From Escherichia coli (GTDB lineage: Bacteria > Pseudomonadota > Gammaproteobacteria > Enterobacterales > Enterobacteriaceae): a stretch of DNA of 64,000 nt. The stretch is taken from the NCBI RefSeq assembly GCF_003334305.1, contig NZ_QOWS01000017.1. The stretch is one strand, 5' to 3'. Below the pieces are notes generated by a model. The model worked only from the letters and a program-made list of their open reading frames with translations. It had not been told where the DNA came from and did not search any database. Position 1 is the first letter of the stretch. Each line of letters begins with the position of its first letter. Shown in pieces: positions 26,398 to 35,270 of this stretch. A program made the translations under genes and the position numbers.

Positions 26398-28016
26398 TAG
26401 ATTTTACCCATGAGCAAAAAGCAGCAATAGATTACCCATCTAGTATGGTATTGACGGCTTGTCCTGGAAGTGGGAAAACAGCAGTAATCGTAGAGAAGAT
26501 TGTCCGTGACTTGGTGGAATGCAAGGAATATCAGGGTGTTATTGCCATATCGTATACTAACAAAGCAAGCGATGAACTGAAAAAGAGATGTTTAAAGGCT
26601 ACTCCAAATTCAAAATCAAGCTTTTTTGGGACAATAGATAAATTTTATTTGACTGAAGTTATTTTACCATTCATTAAGCAATTATGGGGAAGAGTTGATG
26701 ACTTACATGTAGTTAAGCTTAATGAGTTAGCTTCTTCTGAAAAAGATAGGCTTTCTGCTTTTTTTAATGTCGAATTCATTTGTGAAAAAATTAATGAGTA
26801 TGATTTTAAGGATATAAAGGAACTATACGCCAATGGTATTCTAATACTGGAGTTTATACCATTGCTTGCATTTTATATATTGCGTAACTCGTTAGCATGT
26901 CGCCGATATATCGCTAAAAAATACACATCTATATATATTGATGAGTATCAAGATGCTGGATGTGTTCAGCATCTTCTTTTTCTTTATCTTTTCGAACTTG
27001 GAGTAAAAGCGGTTGCAGTTGGTGATGCTGACCAATCCATATATTCATATGCGGGTAAAAGTTCGAAATACTTAATGTCTTTACTGGATGAAAAAAGTGG
27101 CTTTGCCCCTTTTAAAATAACTATAAATCATCGTTCTCATTCATCTATAGTTAATTATGCTTCTCGATTGTTGAATGAAAACTGTGACTTGTTAATAACA
27201 GATGAAATTCGTGTCTACAGAAAAACTGTTAATGGTACTCAATGTGAAATAGCTAAGTGGATTGATGCTAATATTAACAATATTAAACGAAAGTTCAATA
27301 TTTCAAAAGAAAAAGAGATAGCGATACTTACTGCAACGAATAGTTCTGTCGCTTTAGTATCCGGCCTTATAAACTCCAAAGCAAGAGCATATCTTGATGA
27401 TGAGCTGTCTGTACTCGGTGGAGATGTGTCTCTCTTATTAAAGAACCTTTTGAATTATCGATTTAATAAAACGATTACAGCACAGGCTATCATTGAAAGT
27501 TTAAATTACAAGGTGCTAGAGAGGAATGCAATAAGAAAGATGAGGGGGGTTATTAGAGATGTGAGAGATTCTAATGACAACCAACTTATTCCTGATTTAC
27601 GTAAGGCAGTAAAATTATTAATCAACGCTGATATTTCTGCTAACCATATTGATGCCATTAACTCAATCTTACACAATAAAATGATGCTAAATAATTATTT
27701 ACCAGTTAGTGATGATGAGTTACAAATAATGACTTTACATAAAGCAAAAGGACTAGAGTTCGACTTTGTTTTTCATTTGGATCTTTATGATTGGATATTA
27801 CCGCGAAGGGAATATATAAAACATTGTTTTGATGAGGTTTTTTCACATTATGAGCAATGTCTGAATCTTCATTATGTTGGAGTTACTAGGGCCAAAAAAG
27901 CCGTGGTATTAATAAATTCTACTGAGCGTTTAAATTATCAGAGTGAATTAAAAAAAGCGAAACCATCTCAGTTCTTGTCACTAAAAGGACTTGAAAGTCT
28001 GTATAAAAAAATTTAA
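26394..28016 (+). CDS. gajB: UvrD/PcrA/Rep-like SF1 helicase (Gabija GajB-like)
   Basis: 540 aa. Motif I ACPGSGKT, II IYIDEYQD, III VGDADQSIY, IV NHRS, V/VI TLHKAKGLEFDFVF and YVGVTRAKK. 4-nt overlap with the upstream OLD-like gene. Confidence 0.75.
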   Translation: MIDFTHEQKAAIDYPSSMVLTACPGSGKTAVIVEKIVRDLVECKEYQGVIAISYTNKASDELKKRCLKATPNSKSSFFGTIDKFYLTEVILPFIKQLWGRVDDLHVVKLNELASSEKDRLSAFFNVEFICEKINEYDFKDIKELYANGILILEFIPLLAFYILRNSLACRRYIAKKYTSIYIDEYQDAGCVQHLLFLYLFELGVKAVAVGDADQSIYSYAGKSSKYLMSLLDEKSGFAPFKITINHRSHSSIVNYASRLLNENCDLLITDEIRVYRKTVNGTQCEIAKWIDANINNIKRKFNISKEKEIAILTATNSSVALVSGLINSKARAYLDDELSVLGGDVSLLLKNLLNYRFNKTITAQAIIESLNYKVLERNAIRKMRGVIRDVRDSNDNQLIPDLRKAVKLLINADISANHIDAINSILHNKMMLNNYLPVSDDELQIMTLHKAKGLEFDFVFHLDLYDWILPRREYIKHCFDEVFSHYEQCLNLHYVGVTRAKKAVVLINSTERLNYQSELKKAKPSQFLSLKGLESLYKKI

Positions 28017-28035
28017 TTACGTATCTTGGCGCGCA

Positions 28036-28054
28036 GTGCTCTCCCCGCCTCGCC
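28036..28054. other. P2/P4-type cos cohesive-end sequence
   Basis: The reverse complement reads GGCGAGGCGGGGAGAGCAC, one mismatch from the recalled 19-nt P2/P4 cos end GGCGAGGCGGGGAAAGCAC. Positioned next to psu as in P4. Confidence 0.7.
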
Positions 28055-28219
28055 CGCCCGCTTTGCGGGGCGGTTTTAATGCAGTTGCACTGACACGCTC
28101 AGACCGCGCCGGGAATGGCGCGGTCTGCAGAAAATGAGTCAGGAAAACGCATGCAAAGCCATGCACCTTATCGATGCATGGCTTTTTTCAGTAAAAACAG
28201 GCGGATTTTTCGGGGAGTT

Positions 28220-28792
28220 TTACACAGACTGACGTGATGCCAGTTCTGCACTTTTACGCGAAAAAATCATGTTCTGCGCAGGGGTGAATTTTTCACGGCT
28301 GTCATCCACCGAAGCCGCGTCAGGCCTGAATCCGATGGTCGTTAAAATGTCGCTATCCTGTGCGGAATAATTAATTTTTTCCCCCTTCGCAAGCCAGGAC
28401 AGAAGGGCTTCACGCAGGGCATCTGTGGCACGCTGTATGGCACAGTTTCGGGCAATGGCCGTCAGCTCACTGTAGCCCATCAGCTCCGGTGCCAGTGCGG
28501 CCGCCAGTGCTGTGCCGTGCTGCTGCATAAAATCATTCAGCCGCTCGCGGATGCTGATGTGCTGAACGGCTTCATGCGAACGAACATAACGACCGGCGGC
28601 CTGATTCACCTGCCATTTTCTGACTTCGATAATATTGCGTAATTCGTCCAGGCGACTGACGTTTCTGCCTTCCCCGGACAGAAGCCGCAGATATTCCTGT
28701 TCGGCTGCCGCCAGTTCATTTTTGCGCTGAAGCCATGCCGCTTTGTTATTCTGGCAGACCTCAAAAGCCTGCTGTAATGACATTGTGGTCAC
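28220..28792 (-). CDS. psu: Psu (polarity suppression / capsid decoration protein)
   Basis: 190 aa, MTTMSLQQAFEVCQNNKAAWLQRKNELAAAEQEYLRLL. Position and length match P4 Psu. Confidence 0.85.
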   Translation of the reverse strand: MTTMSLQQAFEVCQNNKAAWLQRKNELAAAEQEYLRLLSGEGRNVSRLDELRNIIEVRKWQVNQAAGRYVRSHEAVQHISIRERLNDFMQQHGTALAAALAPELMGYSELTAIARNCAIQRATDALREALLSWLAKGEKINYSAQDSDILTTIGFRPDAASVDDSREKFTPAQNMIFSRKSAELASRQSV

Positions 28793-28806
28793 ACCCCGTC
28801 TCCTGA

Positions 28807-29052
28807 TTAATGGTTGAATGGTGAGCTGTAACAGCCTTTAACTTTTCGGACAACAGCCGGTGCTGTGCTTGCCGGTGCTGGTTTTTCCTCCGTGACCGGA
28901 GAACGAATCACGGCACAAATTGACTCATGCGTTTTAAATGTCGCCGAACAGTAAATATTCTGGCACTGCAGATAACTTTCTTTGACATTGTCACTCACAT
29001 ACCGGCTGGTGCGGGTATGCGCTGAATGACGACAGAAAGGGCAGCGCATCAT
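28807..29052 (-). CDS. delta: Ogr/Delta-family zinc-finger late transcription activator
   Basis: 81 aa with CPFC...CQNIYC, the four-Cys arrangement typical of Ogr/Delta. Lies between sid and psu. Confidence 0.8.
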   Translation of the reverse strand: MMRCPFCRHSAHTRTSRYVSDNVKESYLQCQNIYCSATFKTHESICAVIRSPVTEEKPAPASTAPAVVRKVKGCYSSPFNH

Positions 29053-29783
29053 GACAGCAGTCCTCTGGCCTTAAGCACTGCTCCCTGCTGGTCTATTTTG
29101 TCCTGCCACACCTTGCGCTGTGCCGGTGTGCCTGCCACCTCATAATCCATGTGCGGGAGTGTTGCCGCTGACAGTCCGGTCAGCCGGAGAACCGGCTCGC
29201 CGGTGAGGCTGATTTGCATCTGTTTTATTTTCTGTTCCAGCGATGATTTCACCTGCTGCATGACAGCTTTATCGGGTGCGACGTAGCCCTGATGGCCGGT
29301 GGTGTTGGCGAGCGGATTTTCCTGTACCAGGATACTCAGATGCATTGCCCGGACAAGCGCCTCACAGGTTTCATTCAGGGCGTGTTCCAGCTCATGCTCT
29401 GCATACAGACTCAGAAGGTGATGATGTGCCTTCCGGTAGGCGGTGGCCGTGCTGTCACACGCCCCTTTCAGGCGTTCACGTTCAAAATTCAGCACCACGG
29501 CCAGATTGTCATATTCCTGTACCAGCTCCCGGCGTGCCACGCGCTCAATGTGGCGCTGTTTCAGCTCATCGCTCAGGACACCACCGGCTGCACGAAAGGC
29601 CGTGCGCCAGTCGTCAGCGTCGTTTCCGTCGGCCTGCGCCAGCGCATTTTTTTCCTGCTCTGCCCGTTCAATGGCCGTAACGGTCTCATCCATCAGGCGG
29701 GCGTTCTCAAGATGGGCGGCTCTGGACTTTTCCAGTTGTGCCAGTGCGGGTTGCAGATATTCAGGGATAGTGTGGTCAGACAT
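29049..29783 (-). CDS. sid: Sid capsid size-determination (external scaffold) protein
   Basis: 244 aa from MSDHTIPEYLQPALAQLEK, coiled-coil rich. The longer 266-codon ORF start is unlikely because the Ogr/Delta box fits a TSS near 29810. Confidence 0.8.
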   Translation of the reverse strand: MSDHTIPEYLQPALAQLEKSRAAHLENARLMDETVTAIERAEQEKNALAQADGNDADDWRTAFRAAGGVLSDELKQRHIERVARRELVQEYDNLAVVLNFERERLKGACDSTATAYRKAHHHLLSLYAEHELEHALNETCEALVRAMHLSILVQENPLANTTGHQGYVAPDKAVMQQVKSSLEQKIKQMQISLTGEPVLRLTGLSAATLPHMDYEVAGTPAQRKVWQDKIDQQGAVLKARGLLS

Positions 29784-29855
29784 TTTCCGGCTCCTCGTCA
29801 CTTCAGGTTGAGAAAATTGTGACGTACACCGGACAACAACACGACGCATTGCAGA

Positions 29856-29873
29856 TGTGCCAGCCCTGACACA
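29856..29873. promoter_or_regulatory. TGT-N12-ACA activator box (Psid-like late promoter)
   Basis: tgtgccagccctgacaca. Its centre is about 55 bp upstream of a TSS that would lie ~27 nt before the sid ATG. This fits recalled P2/P4 late promoter architecture. Confidence 0.55.
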
Positions 29874-29952
29874 GGAGACTCATCCTCAGACCGGCAAGCC
29901 AGGAAAAGGTCGCAGGAAAAACCGGCTTACTGTTTGTTTTTTTATATTTTAC

Positions 29953-30056
29953 TGTTCACCTCTGTTCACCATAAGAAAAAAGATAAGTAATACAGTAAGT
30001 TAAAGGGTGAACAATCGCAGTAATGACTGTTCACCGTCTGTTCACCACTGTTCACC
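29953..30056. repeat. P4 ori-like iteron cluster (TGTTCACC octamers)
   Basis: Six copies: 29953, 29963, 30028, 30039 and 30049 direct, and 30006 inverted. Recalled alpha-protein type I repeats. Confidence 0.75.
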
Positions 30057-30215
30057 CGTTGATGGGCTTTTTGTGCTGTTTATTACTGTTTGTTTTTATT
30101 AATTCGCCGGGAATGAATAAGAAAAAACGATTTGTATTTCACTATAAAAATTACGAATTGCTTTAAGTGGCTTTAAATGACTTTAAGTGGAGATGAACAA
30201 AAAACACACAAGCAT

Positions 30216-30233
30216 TGTAAGGCTGCCGGAACA
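30216..30233. promoter_or_regulatory. TGT-N12-ACA activator box (PLL-like late promoter toward vis)
   Basis: tgtaaggctgccggaaca, centred ~110 bp upstream of the vis ATG and divergent from Psid. Confidence 0.5.
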
Positions 30234-30335
30234 AATCCCCCCTGTTGCGTCTGCTGAAAATATTCACAAAATAAAACGCTACCCGAAGCCGGACGGACTT
30301 ATCCGGTGCTGTATGGACATTAACGAGGTAGCCCG

Positions 30336-30602
30336 ATGCAAGCTGTTTTTTCTTCCCCGTCTCCTGCCCCTGTGACGCCACTGATGCCGCTGCCGGACAT
30401 CACACAGGAGCGTTTTTTACGTCTGCCGGAAGTGATGCACCTGTGCGGCCTGTCACGCTCGACCATCTATGAACTTATCCGTAAGGGGGAATTTCCGCCG
30501 CAGGTGAGTCTTGGCGGTAAAAATGTGGCCTGGCTGCACTCTGAAGTCACCGCATGGATGGCCGGGCGCATTGCCGGACGCAAACGGGGGTACGACGCAT
30601 GA
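30336..30602 (+). CDS. vis: Vis / AlpA-family excisionase-regulator
   Basis: 88 aa. MerR-like w[49 protein letters not shown]. Same length as P4 orf88 (Vis). Confidence 0.8.
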   Translation: MQAVFSSPSPAPVTPLMPLPDITQERFLRLPEVMHLCGLSRSTIYELIRKGEFPPQVSLGGKNVAWLHSEVTAWMAGRIAGRKRGYDA

Positions 30603-30637
30603 TGATGCCCGCTCTGCAAAAAGTCCCTTTTTCTGGC

Positions 30638-30667
30638 TTGCCTTTTTCCGGCATTTGCGGATATAGT
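30638..30667 (+). promoter_or_regulatory. candidate PLE-like sigma70 promoter
   Basis: TTGCCT - 18 nt - TATAGT immediately downstream of vis, where P4 places its early/immunity promoter (recalled). Confidence 0.35.
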
Positions 30668-30991
30668 TTTTCCGTTGCCGCAAAATCGGCAGCCGGGCGT
30701 GAGAACCCGTGTAACTCGAAGGCGACATATGACGCGCCATGCGTCTTTTTTTGTGTCGCAATCAACGCCACAGAGCGCCAGATTATGGTGTGGCGTGTGG
30801 TTTGCCGTGCAGGTATGATCCTGTTCGCAATCGCATGTTATGCCACTGAGTCAATGGTAGCTCAGGCGGGGCAGCCTCCGGGCTGGCCGGTATTCTTCGA
30901 GGCCGGTATTCTCACCCCCGTCTGGGCTATCGCCATCGAGCGTGAGAACTCCGGCGATAGCAGTTATTTGCTACTCGAAGGAGGCTGCCTT

Positions 30992-31189
30992 ATGGCTACA
31001 ACCCTTACCCCCTCACACCCTGAATTTGTCTTTGTGTTTGCGGCTGTCCGTCGCGCAGACCGTCATCCCCGTATCTGCATGCTTCGCACCGTCGCCGGTG
31101 ATGAACGCAGCGCCCGCCGTTCCCTTGTCCGTGACTATGTGCTCTCCCTTGCTGCCCGTCTGCCGGTGGTGGAGGTGTCCCGTGCGTAA
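30992..31189 (+). CDS. Icd-like / P4 kil-region small protein
   Basis: 65 aa [45 protein letters not shown]... with a strong RBS gaaggagg 6 nt upstream. Resembles proteins annotated as Icd-like cell-division inhibitors in P4-like elements (recalled). Confidence 0.5.
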   Translation: MATTLTPSHPEFVFVFAAVRRADRHPRICMLRTVAGDERSARRSLVRDYVLSLAARLPVVEVSRA

Positions 31190-31469
31190 TAAAAAAGCCC
31201 CTCAGACCGTCTCAGCACGTCATGACGCCCGTGAACACCTCAGCATTGAGGCTTACCATAAGCTCAACCGCGCCAGCTCCGTATCCCAGTTTGTTGGGGG
31301 TGATTTGATTCACCGTGAACTCTCCGGCCTGCATCAGCTCTACATTCCGCATATTTTCAGCTACCTGAATGAAGATATTGATTTTGTGCTGAATGAGCTG
31401 AAAGCCAAAGGCCTGTGCCGCGATTTTCTCGCCCAGCAGAAAGACCGGGGAGACAGGACGCATGTTTGA
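31182..31469 (+). CDS. eps: Epsilon-like antirepressor (derepresses P2-type helper)
   Basis: 95 aa from a GTG preceded by ggaggtg. Position directly upstream of orf151 as in P4. Confidence 0.6.
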   Translation: MRNKKAPQTVSARHDAREHLSIEAYHKLNRASSVSQFVGGDLIHRELSGLHQLYIPHIFSYLNEDIDFVLNELKAKGLCRDFLAQQKDRGDRTHV

Positions 31470-31917
31470 TTTTCCCCAGCCCGGTGAGATTTACCGTTCT
31501 GCCGGTTTTCCCGATGTGGCCGTGGTCGGCATTCTGGAAGACGGTATTCCGTGGGAAATGCCGTACCGCTGCCCGGACATTGTCTGGAACCCGTACCGCC
31601 GTAAATTCAGTATCCTTGTGCGTATCCTCGCTGACGGACGCACCACAGACATCCCGCTGGGGCGTTTTCTGCGGGAATTTACCTGTGACCGTCCTGACCT
31701 GTTTAAACGCAGCCCCGTAAACCGGCATGCGGTACTGAAAGAAATGGCCGGAGACCCGGAATTACAGAAATGGCGGGAAAAATATCTGGATATTTACCCG
31801 CAGGCCCCTGTTCCGGTCAGCCGGGCGGCACCGGTGGCGCGGGAATGGCGGGAAATTCCCCGCACGGAGCCTGACCCGGAAATCACCCCGGATAACAGTT
31901 ACCGCAATTATCTGTAA
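31462..31917 (+). CDS. P4 orf151-like protein
   Basis: 151 aa. The start overlaps the epsilon stop. Same length and position as P4 orf151. Confidence 0.65.
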   Translation: MFDFPQPGEIYRSAGFPDVAVVGILEDGIPWEMPYRCPDIVWNPYRRKFSILVRILADGRTTDIPLGRFLREFTCDRPDLFKRSPVNRHAVLKEMAGDPELQKWREKYLDIYPQAPVPVSRAAPVAREWREIPRTEPDPEITPDNSYRNYL

Positions 31918-32052
31918 TTAAAAAACGACACCCGAAAAATTAAATGTGCGTATTCGCGCAGGGATACGCACGTCTTCAGGAGACGCAGATATGCCTTATC
32001 AGTTAATGCAACCGGCACGGAATGCAGTCATCTGTCACAGGGAGGAAAGCAA

Positions 32053-32373
32053 ATGAAAACCCCCTTACCGCCCGTCTTACGCGCAGCCCTTTACCGTCGC
32101 GCTGTCGCCTGTGCCTGGCTGACCGTGTGCGAACGTCAGCACCGCTACCCGCATCTCACCCTTGAATCACTGGAGGCGGCCATCGCCGCTGAGCTGGAAG
32201 GCTTTTATCTGCGCCAGCACGGTGAGGAAAAAGGGCGTCAGATAGCCTGTGCCCTGCTGGAAGATTTAATGGAATCCGGCCCCCTGAAGGCCGCGCCGTC
32301 GCTGTCCTTTCTCGGGCTGGTTGTGATGGATGAACTCTGTGCCCGTCACATAAAAGCGCCGGTACTGCACTGA
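32053..32373 (+). CDS. conserved P4-family hypothetical protein upstream of alpha
   Basis: 106 aa with RBS gggagga. Same position, and as far as I recall the same length, as a P4 left-operon ORF. Confidence 0.55.
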
Positions 32374-32387
32374 AGGAGAACAACACC

Positions 32388-34721
32388 ATGAAAATGAACG
32401 TAACCGCCACCGTCAGCCATGCACTCGGCCACTGGCCGCGTATTCTCCCGGCGCTGGGGATTCAGGTGCTGAAAAACCGTCATCAGCCCTGTCCGGTCTG
32501 TGGCGGGAGTGACCGCTTCCGTTTTGATGACAGGGAGGGGCGCGGCACCTGGTACTGCAATCAGTGTGGTGCCGGTGACGGCCTGAAACTGGTTGAAAAG
32601 GTGTTTGGTGTTTCCCCGTCCGACGCGGCCGCAAAGGTGGCTGCCGTGACCGGCAGCCTGCCACCGGCTGACCCGGCAGTGACGGCCGCCGCCGTTGCTG
32701 AAACAGACGCTGCCCGGAAGAACGCCGCCACACTGGCACAAACCCTGATGGCGAAAACCCGTACCGGAACCGGTAACGCCTACCTGACCCGCAAGGGCTT
32801 TCCCGGCCGGGAATGCCGGATGCTGACCGGCACACACAGAGCCGGTGGCGTGAGCTGGCGCGCCGGTGACCTTGTGGTGCCACTGTATGACGACAGCGGC
32901 GAACTGGTTAACCTTCAGTTAATCAGTGCTGACGGCCGTAAGCGCACCCTGAAAGGCGGACAGGTCAGGGGCACCTGTCACACCCTTGAAGGACAGAATC
33001 AGGCCGGAAAACGTCTGTGGATAGCGGAGGGATACGCGACCGCACTTACCGTACATCACCTGACCGGTGAAACGGTGATGGTGGCGCTTTCTTCCGTGAA
33101 CCTCCTTTCTCTGGCCAGCCTTGCCCGGCAGAAGCATCCGGCCTGTCAGATTGTCCTTGCCGCAGACCGTGACCTCAGCGGTGACGGCCAGAAAAAAGCC
33201 GCCGCAGCCGCAGATGCGTGTGAGGGCGTTGTTGCCCTGCCGCCGGTCTTCGGTGACTGGAATGATGCCTTCACGCAGTACGGCGGGGAGGCCACCCGTA
33301 AGGCCATTTACGATGCCATCCGGCCACCGGCTGAAAGCCCGTTCGACACCATGAGCGAAGCAGAGTTTTCCGCCATGAGTACCAGCGAAAAGGCCATGCG
33401 TATCTATGAGCATTACGGTGAGGCGCTCGCGGTCGATGCCAACGGCCAGCTTCTGTCTCGCTATGAAAATGGTGTCTGGAAGGTGCTGCCGCCACAGGAC
33501 TTTGCCCGGGATGTGGCCGGGCTGTTTCAGCGTCTGCGCGCGCCGTTCTCCTCCGGGAAGGTGGCCTCCGTGGTGGACACCCTGAAGCTGATTATTCCGC
33601 AGCAGGAAGCCCCCTCCCGCCGCCTGATTGGCTTTCGTAACGGTGTGCTCGACACACAGAACGGCACGTTCCACCCGCACAGTCCGTCACACTGGATGCG
33701 CACCCTGTGCGATGTGGATTTCACCCCGCCGGTGGACGGTGAAACGCTGGAGACCCACGCCCCCGCGTTCTGGCGCTGGCTTGACCGTGCCGCCGGTGGC
33801 CGTGCGGAAAAACGCGACGTGATTCTGGCCGCACTGTTTATGGTGCTGGCAAACCGCTATGACTGGCAGCTCTTTCTGGAGGTGACCGGTCCCGGCGGCA
33901 GCGGCAAAAGTATCATGGCCGAAATAGCCACCCTGCTGGCCGGGGAGGATAACGCCACGTCGGCCACCATTGAGACGCTGGAATCCCCGCGTGAACGTGC
34001 CGCGTTAACTGGCTTCTCACTGATACGCCTGCCGGACCAGGAAAAATGGAGCGGCGACGGTGCCGGACTCAAGGCCATCACCGGCGGCGATGCGGTGTCC
34101 GTTGACCCGAAATACCGGGATGCATACTCCACGCATATCCCGGCGGTGATTCTGGCCGTGAACAATAACCCGATGCGCTTCACCGACCGCAGCGGCGGCG
34201 TGTCACGCCGGCGGGTGATTATTCACTTCCCGGAACAGATAGCCCCGCAGGAGCGCGACCCGCAGCTTAAGGACAAAATCACCCGCGAGCTGGCGGTCAT
34301 CGTGCGTCACCTGATGCAGAAGTTCAGCGACCCGATGCTCGCCCGGTCACTGCTTCAGTCCCAGCAGAACTCAGACGAGGCGCTGAACATCAAACGGGAT
34401 GCCGACCCGACGTTTGATTTTATCGGCTATCTGGAAACCCTGCCGCAGACCAGCGGCATGTATATGGGGAACGCCAGTATCATCCCGCGTAATTACCGTA
34501 AATACCTCTATCACGCCTATCTGGCCTACATGGAGGCAAACGGCTACCGGAATGTACTCAGTCTGAAAATGTTCGGGCTGGGGCTGCCGGTGATGCTGAA
34601 GGAATACGGACTGAATTACGAGAAGCGCCATACCAAACAGGGGATACAGACCAACCTGACGCTGAAAGAGGAAAGCTACGGCGACTGGCTGCCAAAATGT
34701 GACGACCCTGCAACAACCTGA
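32388..34721 (+). CDS. alpha: Alpha primase-helicase-origin binding protein
   Basis: 777 aa. Zinc-ribbon CPVCGGSDRFRFDD...WYCNQCG, TOPRIM primase region, Walker A GPGGSGKS helicase domain. Confidence 0.9.
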   Translation: MKMNVTATVSHALGHWPRILPALGIQVLKNRHQPCPVCGGSDRFRFDDREGRGTWYCNQCGAGDGLKLVEKVFGVSPSDAAAKVAAVTGSLPPADPAVTAAAVAETDAARKNAATLAQTLMAKTRTGTGNAYLTRKGFPGRECRMLTGTHRAGGVSWRAGDLVVPLYDDSGELVNLQLISADGRKRTLKGGQVRGTCHTLEGQNQAGKRLWIAEGYATALTVHHLTGETVMVALSSVNLLSLASLARQKHPACQIVLAADRDLSGDGQKKAAAAADACEGVVALPPVFGDWNDAFTQYGGEATRKAIYDAIRPPAESPFDTMSEAEFSAMSTSEKAMRIYEHYGEALAVDANGQLLSRYENGVWKVLPPQDFARDVAGLFQRLRAPFSSGKVASVVDTLKLIIPQQEAPSRRLIGFRNGVLDTQNGTFHPHSPSHWMRTLCDVDFTPPVDGETLETHAPAFWRWLDRAAGGRAEKRDVILAALFMVLANRYDWQLFLEVTGPGGSGKSIMAEIATLLAGEDNATSATIETLESPRERAALTGFSLIRLPDQEKWSGDGAGLKAITGGDAVSVDPKYRDAYSTHIPAVILAVNNNPMRFTDRSGGVSRRRVIIHFPEQIAPQERDPQLKDKITRELAVIVRHLMQKFSDPMLARSLLQSQQNSDEALNIKRDADPTFDFIGYLETLPQTSGMYMGNASIIPRNYRKYLYHAYLAYMEANGYRNVLSLKMFGLGLPVMLKEYGLNYEKRHTKQGIQTNLTLKEESYGDWLPKCDDPATT

Positions 34722-34728
34722 CCCACCT

Positions 34729-34753
34729 GACCGGCATCTGCCGGTCTTTTTTT
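34729..34753 (+). terminator. intrinsic terminator after alpha
   Basis: gaccggca-tc-tgccggtc followed by T7. Confidence 0.7.
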
Positions 34754-34767
34754 ATCCCTGAATTCCC

Positions 34768-35070
34768 CGAAGGTGAACAATCCACTGTTCACCCTTCACC
34801 GTATATTCACCCGTTATCACACTGAAATTAAAAGAGAAAAACGAAAGGTGAACAGTGTGAACAATCAAATCAAAAAAAACTTTTTTCTTCCTGAGTGATT
34901 TCAGCACGGGAAATTAATCCCCTGCACAAGTCACACCGGCAGAATGCCGGAGGTGAAGAATCGAATGTTCACCCTTCACCCATTATTCACCACCTATCCA
35001 ACTGAAATAAAAGGAGAAAACAGAAAGGTGAACAGTGTGAACAGTTCTTTCGAAAAAAAATTTTTTTCTT
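34768..35070. repeat. crr-like cis replication region: two ~120-bp direct repeats with TGTTCACC/GGTGAACA octamers
   Basis: 34768-34885 and 34948-35065 align nearly base for base (ggtgaa[c/g]aatc..tgttcacccttcacc..attcacc..gaaaggtgaacagtgtgaaca). About 4.8 kb from the ori cluster, as in P4. Confidence 0.75.
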
Positions 35071-35184
35071 ATTTTTAATTGTGCGAAAAACAAGCGACAC
35101 ACGCAGTGTGTATAGATATGTGTATAGTTATATTTTTTGAATATTATAATGTATTACAAATCAATGTGTTAGCTTGTAATATTC

Positions 35185-35205
35185 ACTCCTATTATCGGCA
35201 CCATC
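35185..35205. repeat. att core copy 2 (attR of P4-like element = attL of second island)
   Basis: Exact 21-bp copy of the thrW 3' end. Confidence 0.85.
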
Positions 35206-35270
35206 AAGAAAATCAATAACTTAGCTTAACTTCTCTAAGAAATTGTATCTTCTGTTATCACTTACAAACG

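Larger units (their letters stand above)
23340..35205. mobile_element. P4-like phage satellite prophage integrated in thrW
   Basis: Bounded by 21-bp direct repeats. Order int - accessory slot - cos - psu - delta - sid - vis - epsilon - orf151 - alpha - crr reproduces the recalled P4 prophage map, including identical product lengths (Psu 190, Sid 244, Vis 88, orf151 151, alpha 777 aa). Confidence 0.9.

Noticed and set aside
29049-29849. Long (266-aa) version of sid
   Set aside because: The extra 22 codons would start upstream of the inferred late-promoter TSS. The 244-aa version matches the P4 Sid length.
30554-31189. 211-aa ORF spanning the vis 3' end to epsilon in the P4-like element
   Set aside because: It has no RBS, overlaps vis, and covers the promoter/hairpin region equivalent to the P4 immunity locus. 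Only its last 65 codons (from ATG 30992, which has a strong RBS) look like a real gene.
30942-31469. 175-aa ORF overlapping the Icd-like gene and epsilon
   Set aside because: Only the last 95 codons, from GTG 31182 (RBS ggaggtg), correspond to an epsilon-sized product. The upstream part is out of frame with the better-supported Icd-like ORF.
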